A program made the position numbers and the translations under genes. From a virus, in IMG/VR virus record IMGVR_UViG_3300033141_004289, positions 40,851-104,850 of that record: a stretch of 64,000 nt of DNA; one strand, 5' to 3'. The notes under the pieces are model-generated. The model did not search any database. It saw only the letters and a list, made by a program, of their open reading frames with translations, and had not been told where the DNA came from. Position 1 is the first letter of the stretch. Each line of letters opens with the position of its first letter. This document shows positions 18,574 to 28,190 of the stretch, piece after piece.

Positions 18574-20079
18574 ATGGCCTTAATTTTTACTGACAACCAG
18601 ATTAAATCATTAACAAAGGACACACTAGACCTTCCTTTAATTATTGATAATCCAAGTGAGGGAACTGGTTTAATCCAACAACAAGCAGCTATTCAAGTAG
18701 CTAAAGATGAAATTTATATTGTTGACCAACAGAATAAGGTTTTTAGCAATCATTGGATTGATGTTATATCCAAATACCATACCGAACTTGAAAGGCTAAA
18801 TAAGACAGTTAAATCACTTTATAGCGAGGTTATTTTAGACGATGGGGCAAGAGGCTTACCAGATCATTATACCCCTACATGGCCTAATCTTGTTCCAATA
18901 GTTGTTGATCAAAATAATGGATCACCAACTTCTGTTAGTGGAGTACAATCTGAAACTGAAAGAATTGCTACACTTGAGTCCTCAATTGACAAGTTAATCA
19001 ATGGATTTACAGGAACTGGTTCAGTTGATGATGTATTAGATGACCCATACACCATTGGTGACGGTTTTTTATCTACATCAGCTACTTTAACTTCTGGTGA
19101 TTTAGTTATTGTAGATAGTGGTGGCTCATCAATGTTGGTATTAATTGGAGCAGCTGGTGGTTTTTGTACTCCAACTGCTACCCCCGATACAGAGGCCCAA
19201 TGTACTATTGAAGGTGGTGCATGGACTAGTACAACTTCTATTATTATACTCTCAACGGATAAAAATTTTGGTGCTGGTGCTAGAATTAGAAACTTTCATA
19301 GTGGATTTACAAATAGTGAGAGAGGTCATCAAGGTGCGCCCAATTATGCCTTTGATGTTATGGTTTATTTTGAGGGTGAAATCACCACTAATACTACTGG
19401 TTGGAAGATTAATTTAAACGATCAAAAAACAAGTTTAGAAAATAATGACGATATTGCGCCAAGAAATGCTTCAAATATACTCGAGTTAGCTGAACTAAAT
19501 GTAGTAATCCCAGATATTACAATTTGGGAAGGGATTGTAATTGTTGACCCAAATGGAAAATTCACTGATGCATCTTTAGTTTTATATATTTCAGATAATG
19601 TTGTAACTAGGAATTTTACTGTTCCATTAAGAATTGGTGAAATAAATATTAATTTAGGAAGTGTTGTTCAAGCTGGTGACGGTAGTGTAGTTGAGTCTGG
19701 TGTTTATGGGGATTTATGGAAATTTGTTTTAATTAGAATTTCTAAATCAGGTGGTTCATTAACTGGTTATTATGGAATGGATTTAGGGATAATTCATTTT
19801 GATACAAAAATTGCTAATGCAAATAGTCAATTAGAGCAATATGAGAATACTTTTGCAATCACACTAATTATAGAAGATACTATAGTTGGTCAAATATCTT
19901 TCGAGGTAGAATCAGTAGTTGATTTTTCAATAGGTCAAACTGTTAAAGTTATGGATAACGAATCAGTGGTTTATACTCGTATTATTAATAACATTCTCGG
20001 TTCTGATATAATTTTAGATAGTGGCATACCCTCAATATTAACTACTGGAAACCAAGCTAGAATTGTGAGGCAGAAATAA
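18574..20079 (+). CDS. Baseplate-associated structural protein (unknown)
   Basis: 501 aa within the baseplate cluster. Confidence 0.55.
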   Translation: MALIFTDNQIKSLTKDTLDLPLIIDNPSEGTGLIQQQAAIQVAKDEIYIVDQQNKVFSNHWIDVISKYHTELERLNKTVKSLYSEVILDDGARGLPDHYTPTWPNLVPIVVDQNNGSPTSVSGVQSETERIATLESSIDKLINGFTGTGSVDDVLDDPYTIGDGFLSTSATLTSGDLVIVDSGGSSMLVLIGAAGGFCTPTATPDTEAQCTIEGGAWTSTTSIIILSTDKNFGAGARIRNFHSGFTNSERGHQGAPNYAFDVMVYFEGEITTNTTGWKINLNDQKTSLENNDDIAPRNASNILELAELNVVIPDITIWEGIVIVDPNGKFTDASLVLYISDNVVTRNFTVPLRIGEININLGSVVQAGDGSVVESGVYGDLWKFVLIRISKSGGSLTGYYGMDLGIIHFDTKIANANSQLEQYENTFAITLIIEDTIVGQISFEVESVVDFSIGQTVKVMDNESVVYTRIINNILGSDIILDSGIPSILTTGNQARIVRQK

Positions 20080-20447
20080 TGTTCTATAAAGATGTAAATT
20101 CAATTACCTCTACAAACAGACCAGATGTAACAGATGTTGATGCTATCACTCAGGCCCTATTGAATTTAATTAGAACAAGAAAAGGTGAAAGACCATTTAA
20201 TAATGATTTTGGATTAGATATTGAAGATAGATTATTTGATTTAATGGATGATGGTACAAAATTAGAAATACTAACTGAAATTTTTGATGCAGTTAGTAGA
20301 TATGAGCCAAGAGTTGAATTAAGTAGATCAAGAAGTGATATAGAATTTGATGAAGAAAATAATAAAATTGAGATTACATTAGTTTTCTCAATACTTGGTT
20401 TTGAAGATGATAAATTATTCGAAGTAACTACTAGCCTTGAGAGATAA
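20079..20447 (+). CDS. Baseplate wedge subunit, gp25-like
   Basis: AITQALLNLIRTRKGERPFNNDFG...YEPRV. Confidence 0.93.
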   Translation: MFYKDVNSITSTNRPDVTDVDAITQALLNLIRTRKGERPFNNDFGLDIEDRLFDLMDDGTKLEILTEIFDAVSRYEPRVELSRSRSDIEFDEENNKIEITLVFSILGFEDDKLFEVTTSLER

Positions 20448-20449
20448 TA

Positions 20450-22678
20450 ATGGGTGAATTCATAATTGACGTAAATTCAGTAAATAATGTAGCAATTAGA
20501 AGTGATCTTGAAGCCTTTATTGCTTCCAGACCAGATGCCGATAAATGGAGTCAATTTTTCCAATCTTCAAGTGGTCAAATAACAGTTGATTTAATTGCAG
20601 CATTTACAGCTTTTTTAAAATATGACAGCATCTCGTCACGAAGAGAAAACTATCTTCCTTATGCTCAAACTCGTGGAGGTATAGTAGCTGGTGCACAGCA
20701 ATTAGGTTATTCCGTAAATCGAGGTAGAAATGCAATTATTGAAATCACTTTTACTCCTCTTAATTCTGGTGTGTATCCTCAGTGGTATGTATTAGGTTCA
20801 GTAAATGGATATGGACTTGTATTATTAGATGAAACTGTTTATAACGCTGGTGTTTCTGTAACTGTTTCGTGTGTAGTAGGGGATATTTTAGACCAGACTA
20901 TTCAAGCAACAACAGATAGTAGTGCAACTTTTAGATTTACAGAAAAAAGAGTTTCAGAAGATGTTCGTATTTATATTGGCGCCACACTAGTTAGTCACTC
21001 CTCAGATATACTTGATCTACTAATTGATAAATTTTTTATTCAAAGCAATGCTGTTGGTTCAGTTGATGCTAAATTTTTAAATCAGTCATCAGCTTCTTTA
21101 AGATATAATAATGGCGATAATATTAAACTTGAATGGATTGAATTAAAGGATATTTCATTTACTGAAAGCTCTGTTTTATTAGATGAAACAGAAGGAACTT
21201 TAACTGCAATTACCATAACAGATTTATTTCAATCCTTTGAAACAAATGAAAGTGTTAAAGTTAATGCCCCATTACAAAATGAAACAAAATTTACTATTCG
21301 TGGTAGAAATGATTATAGCAAAATATTGCTTTTAGCTGACCCTGACTTTATTGCTGCTGGTGGAAGAGATACTGCAATTGCTGCTATAGTCGAAATTTTT
21401 GCAATTAGAAATGATTTATCTATTTTAACAGCAGTTGAAAAACAAGCATTGCTAGATTCTATTTTTGCTAATAGGCCATTTGGTGTTCAGCCACCAATTA
21501 TTATTGACCCCATTATGAATTTTTTAGAAGTTGCGGTTAATTTATATTTAGAATCTGGTGTTGTTGGTGACCCAAATGCAGAAGTTAGAGCAATTTTAGA
21601 AACTTATGAAAAGAAGTTATCTACACCAGAAGAAATTCAAACAATAGATTTTATAGAAATTGAAAAATTAATGACTGCTTCTGATCTAATTAGAATATCT
21701 AGAATTGTTGTTAAATATAGTACATGGATTGGAAGTAGTGTTTATAGAAGAGGCCTCCATGTTGAACCAACTGTACCAAATACCTTTATTTATGAAGCAC
21801 TTGGATTTGTAAGATATTCTGGTTCTGTAGAACCAATATGGCCTGATCCAATTCCATTAGTTTTACCTTTAGTTGGTTTTGAATACGGCCAACAGGTTAC
21901 AGATAATGAATTAATTTGGGAATCCATTCAAGAAGCTCCTACACTTGACCCATGGGAAGCTGATAAAGTTTATCGTGTCGGTGATGAAGTTAGACATACT
22001 GGATTTGTTGGTAATGACCCAGAAGCATCTTTTAGACTAGTACGGGTTTTACATAGGTCTGGTGAATCAACAATAGCTCTAGGTGCTTCAAAAATAGATC
22101 AAACTGTAACTTATACAGCAGATGTTCTTGGAGCAATTGGAAATGGAATCTCATTAGTTTTTGATGGGATTGATGATTTAGATACCGTAACAGGTGCTTG
22201 GAATTTATCCAACCCCGCAAATACAGTATCCTTTGCTGGTCAATTAGGAACCTTTGTTCCAACAATTATTACAGTGACTTTAGAAGGTGGGTTAGATGCC
22301 TATGATGCCGAACCAGTATGGCCTATCCCTGCAAGTCTTTTAGGGCCAGATGAGAGATCATTTGTTGATGATAATCAAATATTATGGTTAATGATTGAAA
22401 AGAGTGGAACACCTTCTGCTTGGAGTAGTAATACACTTTATGAAAATGGTGATACAGTTATTCCAACTATTGTAGATTCAGGCCAAGTTAATATTATGTT
22501 TCAGATGGTTGCTTTTATCGGAAAATCGGGCAACAGTGGGCCAATTTTTCCAATATCATTCGGTGAGACAGTAATTGATGGTCATGTTGAATGGGTTACA
22601 AGGACAAAAACCGATAGTCCTGAAAGTCCTTTATCGAATGAATATTATTTAATTAGTGAAGACATAACAGTAAGTTAG
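20450..22678 (+). CDS. Baseplate wedge protein, gp6/BpJ-like, with C-terminal carbohydrate-binding-like repeats
   Basis: RENYLPYAQTRGGIVAGAQQLGY and ETNESVKVNAP...DY. Three W-x5-Y-x2-G-x2-V...SG..EP.WP-like repeats. Confidence 0.82.
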   Translation: MGEFIIDVNSVNNVAIRSDLEAFIASRPDADKWSQFFQSSSGQITVDLIAAFTAFLKYDSISSRRENYLPYAQTRGGIVAGAQQLGYSVNRGRNAIIEITFTPLNSGVYPQWYVLGSVNGYGLVLLDETVYNAGVSVTVSCVVGDILDQTIQATTDSSATFRFTEKRVSEDVRIYIGATLVSHSSDILDLLIDKFFIQSNAVGSVDAKFLNQSSASLRYNNGDNIKLEWIELKDISFTESSVLLDETEGTLTAITITDLFQSFETNESVKVNAPLQNETKFTIRGRNDYSKILLLADPDFIAAGGRDTAIAAIVEIFAIRNDLSILTAVEKQALLDSIFANRPFGVQPPIIIDPIMNFLEVAVNLYLESGVVGDPNAEVRAILETYEKKLSTPEEIQTIDFIEIEKLMTASDLIRISRIVVKYSTWIGSSVYRRGLHVEPTVPNTFIYEALGFVRYSGSVEPIWPDPIPLVLPLVGFEYGQQVTDNELIWESIQEAPTLDPWEADKVYRVGDEVRHTGFVGNDPEASFRLVRVLHRSGESTIALGASKIDQTVTYTADVLGAIGNGISLVFDGIDDLDTVTGAWNLSNPANTVSFAGQLGTFVPTIITVTLEGGLDAYDAEPVWPIPASLLGPDERSFVDDNQILWLMIEKSGTPSAWSSNTLYENGDTVIPTIVDSGQVNIMFQMVAFIGKSGNSGPIFPISFGETVIDGHVEWVTRTKTDSPESPLSNEYYLISEDITVS

Positions 22679-22686
22679 GAAATTTA

Positions 22687-23280
22687 ATGAGTACATTAGA
22701 TAGTTCAATTCAGTTAATTGCAGAAAAGCTTAGAAGTGATGAGTTTTTCATTAAATTTGCTGAATTATTAGATAATGAAAAAGCTAATTATGATGTTGAT
22801 TTTAGTGATGTAAAGTATAAATTACTTGACCCTACTCAATTAAGAGAAGATGCAATTAAAGAAATAATTGATGAATTAGGCTTTAATTATATTAGAAACT
22901 TAATGGATACCCTTACAAATATCGAATTTAATGTTTTGATAGATTTCATTTCTCTGTTAAACTTATTGAAAGGGTCAAGAGAAGGTTTAGAAGTTGTTTT
23001 AAAGTTACTTGGTTTTGACTCTGTAATCACTGAATGGTGGGAAGCGTCACCCCAGAAAGAACCATTAACCTTTGATATTACAATTATCATGAACACTTCT
23101 TTAGTACCTGATTTTTTACTAACATTAGAAAAAGTAAAAATATTTATTCAACATTATGTACTGCCTAAGTTAGAATTAATTGATTTTAAATTTATTTTAG
23201 ATTCTTTCTTAGAGCAAAACCTTAATTTAGCAGGGTTTGTCAGGATGAAACATTTCGGTACAATAGTAAATAAATTATAA
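22687..23280 (+). CDS. Baseplate wedge / P2 gpI-like tail protein (gp7-like)
   Basis: LKGSREGLEVVLKLLGFDSVITEWWE. Confidence 0.75.
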   Translation: MSTLDSSIQLIAEKLRSDEFFIKFAELLDNEKANYDVDFSDVKYKLLDPTQLREDAIKEIIDELGFNYIRNLMDTLTNIEFNVLIDFISLLNLLKGSREGLEVVLKLLGFDSVITEWWEASPQKEPLTFDITIIMNTSLVPDFLLTLEKVKIFIQHYVLPKLELIDFKFILDSFLEQNLNLAGFVRMKHFGTIVNKL

Positions 23281-23289
23281 GGATTAGAT

Positions 23290-26200
23290 ATGGCAATTTT
23301 AGGTGTATTTACTGATTTAGGAATGATAACTGCTCAGGATGCAGCCAATAACGAAGGTTTTCATTTAGTACCAGTTAGTTTTGGTGTATCCGATCAAGCT
23401 GGTGCTTTAGATTCTAGTAGAACAACTCCAAATGCTGGACTATTTTTTGAAGCAGCAATTTCTAGTCGTGTAATTATAGATCAAAATAAAATTAAGTTTG
23501 TACTAACTATTCCACCTAATCAAATTCCAGCTGGAACTTTTAAGATAATTCGAGAAATTTATTTAAATATTAATGATGCATTAGGTAATCCGTTTCTATT
23601 TGCTATTGGTCAACCAACTGATGAAATTAGATATAATGCTGATGACCAAGTTACTTTAGACCTCGAAATGTCTATCACTAATTTGGATTTAACCGAACAA
23701 TTCGTATTTGAGTTCACACAAGCAACGGAAATCTCTGAACACAATCTCGATCCAAATGCACACACTGATTTAGTCGCTGAACTAAAGAAGCATGGAATTT
23801 TTATTCCTGCAGGTGCATATCCATTTGAATATCGTGGCCAACATGTTTCTAAAAATACTGAATTTGATGGGGTAAAAGCATCTGTACTTTATAATGGAGT
23901 AACTTTTTCATCAACTTATAATGGAACAGAAAATAATGGAAAAACATTAACATTTGATGGGATATTAACTGCTGATGAAGTTAGAGCTGTTTTTAATGCA
24001 GCAAATTATCCAAATACAGTTGAACATGATGGAATAGGAACAGAGGTTCTTCCAATTGGGACACCAGCTTTAATTGGTGGTTCATATATTGTTGAAGATA
24101 ATGATGTTGTTTATAAAGATATTGATGGAGTTTATAAACAAGCATTAGCTGACGGAACTAATAAATCCAGAGTTGCTGGAATAGCTTATAGAGATGATAA
24201 GTGTGTTGTTTCCCAAGGTTTAATTGGAATAGATACTGGATTTGCAATTGGACAAGCAGTTTATTTAAGTGGAACTACTCCCGGAAAATTAGTTGATTTT
24301 GATACTAATATTAATATGGGATTAGTATTAGGTGACTATATTTATTTCATTGGATTTTCAGGTGATATATCTGCCAATGTAACCCAAGATTTTGATGCTA
24401 TCGTTACAAATGCCGCTGGTGTTGGGCAATTTTTAACCACCCAAGCAGCAATTGATTATGTGCCTAGTGATGGTAGAATTTTAATTAATAAATTAGAAGA
24501 TTTAAAAAATATTATTGATACAGGTGGAAAGAATCTTTCAATAACATTTAACGGCCCTGAAATGGGTTGGAAAAAATTTGATGGTTTATCAAGTCAATTT
24601 AGAATTGATTTTGACCAAGTACCTACGCAAGGAACATTCAGGATAGAGTGGAACTTTCAAGAAACTAATGATTTACCATTTAACGCTACAGCATTGGATG
24701 TGCAGGGTGAATTTAATTTACTCAATGGACATAACGGATTTACCGTCACGGGTGATTTCGTCTCTGGATTCACCTTTACTTCTAATGACCTTGATAATTA
24801 TGCTTTGCCTACTTTTATTTTTGCCGGATTAAATGAGATTCAAAGATTTGATTTTAGTAATATTCCAAATGATGGAACAATTACTTTTAATCATAAAGGT
24901 CAGGATACACTTAACTTTCCATGGGATGATTTAGCATCTGATTTAAAGATTGCTTTAGAAGCATTATCTACAATTACAACTGTAAATATTACAGGTGAGT
25001 TTGCTACTCAATTTTTTCAAATTGAATTTGCTGGTGGCTTTTTAGAAGATGGTGTTCAAGAACAAGATATAATGACGGTTATTCAAACTGACCTTGACTT
25101 GTTAGGTGCTTCAACCGATATAAACGGAACTACAATTGTTCCAATTGATTCATCAATTGTTCAAAAAGGAATTAAGCCTGCTTCTAATTTATTTAACGGT
25201 ACATTACCAATTACCATTACTACTTCCTTGCTGCAAACTGGTGAACAACCAGGGCCTAACAGAGCGATGGAAATTGACTCAACTAATATTGCATTCTTTG
25301 GGATGGGTAAGGTTGAAAATTTTGAAGAAGGATTAGTATTATTAGAGGCCTCAACTAAAGTAACTATTGAAGCCTATTTTCCAAATACAACAAATCCAAT
25401 TTTAACATTAGATAAAATTCCGGGAATTGATTATAGTTTTGATGATGTTCAAGGTTTTGCTAAAGATGTATTTAGCCAACTTAGAATTGTAGAGCATCCA
25501 ACTAATAAAAAGCGTGTAATAATTACAGGGTCAGACCAAATTTTTGCCTCAGGAATTACACTAACTCAAGAAATCAGCTCATTAATTTTAAAATTTGAAG
25601 GTGCGCAAATTGATTTTAGCACTGGTTCTATTTATGAATCAGATGGACTTACAGCACTTGGAACCGATTTTATACCTCCAACAATTGCACCCGATCTTTG
25701 GAGATGGTTTTCAGTAAATATTATTCCGAAAGCAGTTGAAACAGATTTATCCTTAAAAGGTCAAGTATTAGTATTGCCTGCTGGAACTGATGGGGTATCT
25801 AAAGTATTAGCTGAGAAGCCACCGTTTGGAGACAAGCCAATTGGTGCAATAGCTATTCAAGGTGCATTAGGCGATAAAGAGAAAACTCAAGTTACTACAA
25901 TTAAAGATACCTTTAATAATTTAAGAGGTAGAGCTTTTACTCTTTATCATCCTCTTGAGTCAGTAGCTTTTTGGGTAACTGACCCATCTTTGGACACTCC
26001 ATCTATTGAAGCAACTACAGGCGTTGTAGGTGTTGATTTAGACACTTTTAATAGTACGAATACTTCTGGTATGAGTGCTAAAATAGTTGTAGCTGCTCCA
26101 ATTACAATTGATAAAATTCATCTTTTCTTATCAAAAATTGGTAACCCAACTGGTTCTGTAGATATTAAAATTCTTGGCGAAAACCTTGGATTACCTGATG

Positions 26201-28182
26201 TTGGAAATGTAATAGCTACAGGAACGGCCTCAATTCAAATGAGTGCATTACCGACTAATTTCACTGCTCCAATTATTGTTGATCTTGGTGGTGACATTGT
26301 AATCCCTGCTGGAAATTATTATATAGATGTAGATGGTACAAACTATGTATTTAGTGCTGGAAACTTTTTACAATGGAATAGTGAGGCCGCTGGTGCAGTT
26401 GAGATATTCAATCGTGACCCTGCTGGTGCAGTTTGGTTAAGTGATTTAGGAAATCGTAGAGCTAATTTTGACTTAGTGCATACAGTAAAAGGATATCCAG
26501 CAATTGCTTTAGCAGCTGATAGAGAAGTTGAGATATCAACTATCTTAGAAAATGATTTACAATCTGTAGTTGCTTCTAAGTTTCAGGTGGCAATAGATAC
26601 GGATATTAGATTTGATGCCGTTGTTTCAACCAACAAAATTGAAGTTGAAAATGTAGATTTAGGTGCTGTAACAGATGCCGATATGGGAACCAGTGGATTC
26701 TTCAGTGATATATTAGTTCAAGGAACTGACACTGATTTAACTGGAATTGAAGATTTAGAAAATTTAAATATCCTTCAATTAGGAACTGGCTCTGGTGGAG
26801 GCGGTGGTTCTGGTGATGCATCTACAACATTAGGTCGTTTAGAAGATTTAATGGACGAAGCATTTTATAGATACCTTACTCCATATATCGCATCTTCAGA
26901 TCAGGATGTTGGAATAGCAAATACAGATGGTTCGTTTAGCTATGTAACTAAAACATTTGATTTAGATGCTGGTGAATTTATTGAATCAACTGATTTATTA
27001 GATGACGAATTTTTAACAGCTTTAGAAGATATTATTACTGCTCAAGTGGTTTTAGTTTTACACGAAGATGCTATTGATACAGCACCTGTAGTTGAATTAA
27101 GCAGAAATGGTGGAAATGAATATCAAACTGTTACAATGGAAAGAATTTCAACTACAGGTGATACCTATGTTGGAACACTTGAATTTGAGGCAGAGGCAGT
27201 TAAACAAACTTTATACGAATCTGCTTTAGCAAATAATGATGGAAATGTTGAATTAAATACTACAACAACTCAAAAAGTTGCTCAGGAATTTACAACTGAT
27301 AAAACAGAAGTTATTGAAAAAATTTCAGTAGAAGTTAATAAATTTGGTAGTCCAACAGGATTTTTAAAATTCAATATTTATGATGATCTAGCAGGCGTTC
27401 CATTTAATATTTTACAGCAAATCTATATTAATATTGCAGATTTAAGTGCTGGTATTAGTACATTAGAAATAGAAATTGGAAAAATAGTTAGTGCATCTGG
27501 TACTAAATACCATATTGGTTTTGAAACAGACGATGAATATAAGGCCGGTTTTGTAACTAGTACAACATCTTTATTCATTAGAGTAGAATCTGCTCCATCA
27601 ATTCCAGTAATGCAAAGAAACAACGGCTCTGTTTGGAGTGCATTAACTAGTGCAATTAGTTACTTAATTGAAGGAAGAGAATTAGATTTCTCATTAAAAT
27701 ATACTGCTGGAATAGCTTCAAAAATAGTTGGATTCGGTGTTTATTACGGATTGGAAAGTGAAAGAGTTGCTAGAACTAAAACTCGTAATGTTTTTGCATT
27801 TCACGGAACATCTGATAATCTAAATGAGTTCCAATTAAACTTTAATGCTGACCCAGATTTTATTGAAGTAAATGATGTGTATGTTGGACAACAGTTTAAA
27901 GTTCCAGCATTTGCCTTAGTAGCTAATAAAGTTGTTTTTCCAGCAGATACCTTTGACGGACGAGAAGAAGTTTATTTAGTTATTTCTCAACCATCTGGTG
28001 GTGGATTTGATAATTCAGACAAAAATAATCTACTATTAACTGAAAATCATCTTGGAAGCCTTGATTCAGCGATAGATAAATCAGTTCAAGGTAGAGGAAT
28101 AATTTTAGCTCAAGCAGTTAATGCAATTAAAAAAGAAGTTGCTTTAGATGAGAACGGTTTCATTACAATTTTAAATGTATAG
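23290..28182 (+). CDS. Large multidomain tail fibre (1630 aa)
   Basis: N-terminal baseplate anchor (FTDLG...IREIYL...LFAIGQ), HNLDPNAH motif, repeated beta-sandwich domains, poly-Gly hinge. Confidence 0.85.
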   Translation: MAILGVFTDLGMITAQDAANNEGFHLVPVSFGVSDQAGALDSSRTTPNAGLFFEAAISSRVIIDQNKIKFVLTIPPNQIPAGTFKIIREIYLNINDALGNPFLFAIGQPTDEIRYNADDQVTLDLEMSITNLDLTEQFVFEFTQATEISEHNLDPNAHTDLVAELKKHGIFIPAGAYPFEYRGQHVSKNTEFDGVKASVLYNGVTFSSTYNGTENNGKTLTFDGILTADEVRAVFNAANYPNTVEHDGIGTEVLPIGTPALIGGSYIVEDNDVVYKDIDGVYKQALADGTNKSRVAGIAYRDDKCVVSQGLIGIDTGFAIGQAVYLSGTTPGKLVDFDTNINMGLVLGDYIYFIGFSGDISANVTQDFDAIVTNAAGVGQFLTTQAAIDYVPSDGRILINKLEDLKNIIDTGGKNLSITFNGPEMGWKKFDGLSSQFRIDFDQVPTQGTFRIEWNFQETNDLPFNATALDVQGEFNLLNGHNGFTVTGDFVSGFTFTSNDLDNYALPTFIFAGLNEIQRFDFSNIPNDGTITFNHKGQDTLNFPWDDLASDLKIALEALSTITTVNITGEFATQFFQIEFAGGFLEDGVQEQDIMTVIQTDLDLLGASTDINGTTIVPIDSSIVQKGIKPASNLFNGTLPITITTSLLQTGEQPGPNRAMEIDSTNIAFFGMGKVENFEEGLVLLEASTKVTIEAYFPNTTNPILTLDKIPGIDYSFDDVQGFAKDVFSQLRIVEHPTNKKRVIITGSDQIFASGITLTQEISSLILKFEGAQIDFSTGSIYESDGLTALGTDFIPPTIAPDLWRWFSVNIIPKAVETDLSLKGQVLVLPAGTDGVSKVLAEKPPFGDKPIGAIAIQGALGDKEKTQVTTIKDTFNNLRGRAFTLYHPLESVAFWVTDPSLDTPSIEATTGVVGVDLDTFNSTNTSGMSAKIVVAAPITIDKIHLFLSKIGNPTGSVDIKILGENLGLPDVGNVIATGTASIQMSALPTNFTAPIIVDLGGDIVIPAGNYYIDVDGTNYVFSAGNFLQWNSEAAGAVEIFNRDPAGAVWLSDLGNRRANFDLVHTVKGYPAIALAADREVEISTILENDLQSVVASKFQVAIDTDIRFDAVVSTNKIEVENVDLGAVTDADMGTSGFFSDILVQGTDTDLTGIEDLENLNILQLGTGSGGGGGSGDASTTLGRLEDLMDEAFYRYLTPYIASSDQDVGIANTDGSFSYVTKTFDLDAGEFIESTDLLDDEFLTALEDIITAQVVLVLHEDAIDTAPVVELSRNGGNEYQTVTMERISTTGDTYVGTLEFEAEAVKQTLYESALANNDGNVELNTTTTQKVAQEFTTDKTEVIEKISVEVNKFGSPTGFLKFNIYDDLAGVPFNILQQIYINIADLSAGISTLEIEIGKIVSASGTKYHIGFETDDEYKAGFVTSTTSLFIRVESAPSIPVMQRNNGSVWSALTSAISYLIEGRELDFSLKYTAGIASKIVGFGVYYGLESERVARTKTRNVFAFHGTSDNLNEFQLNFNADPDFIEVNDVYVGQQFKVPAFALVANKVVFPADTFDGREEVYLVISQPSGGGFDNSDKNNLLLTENHLGSLDSAIDKSVQGRGIILAQAVNAIKKEVALDENGFITILNV

Positions 28183-28190
28183 GAAGAATT

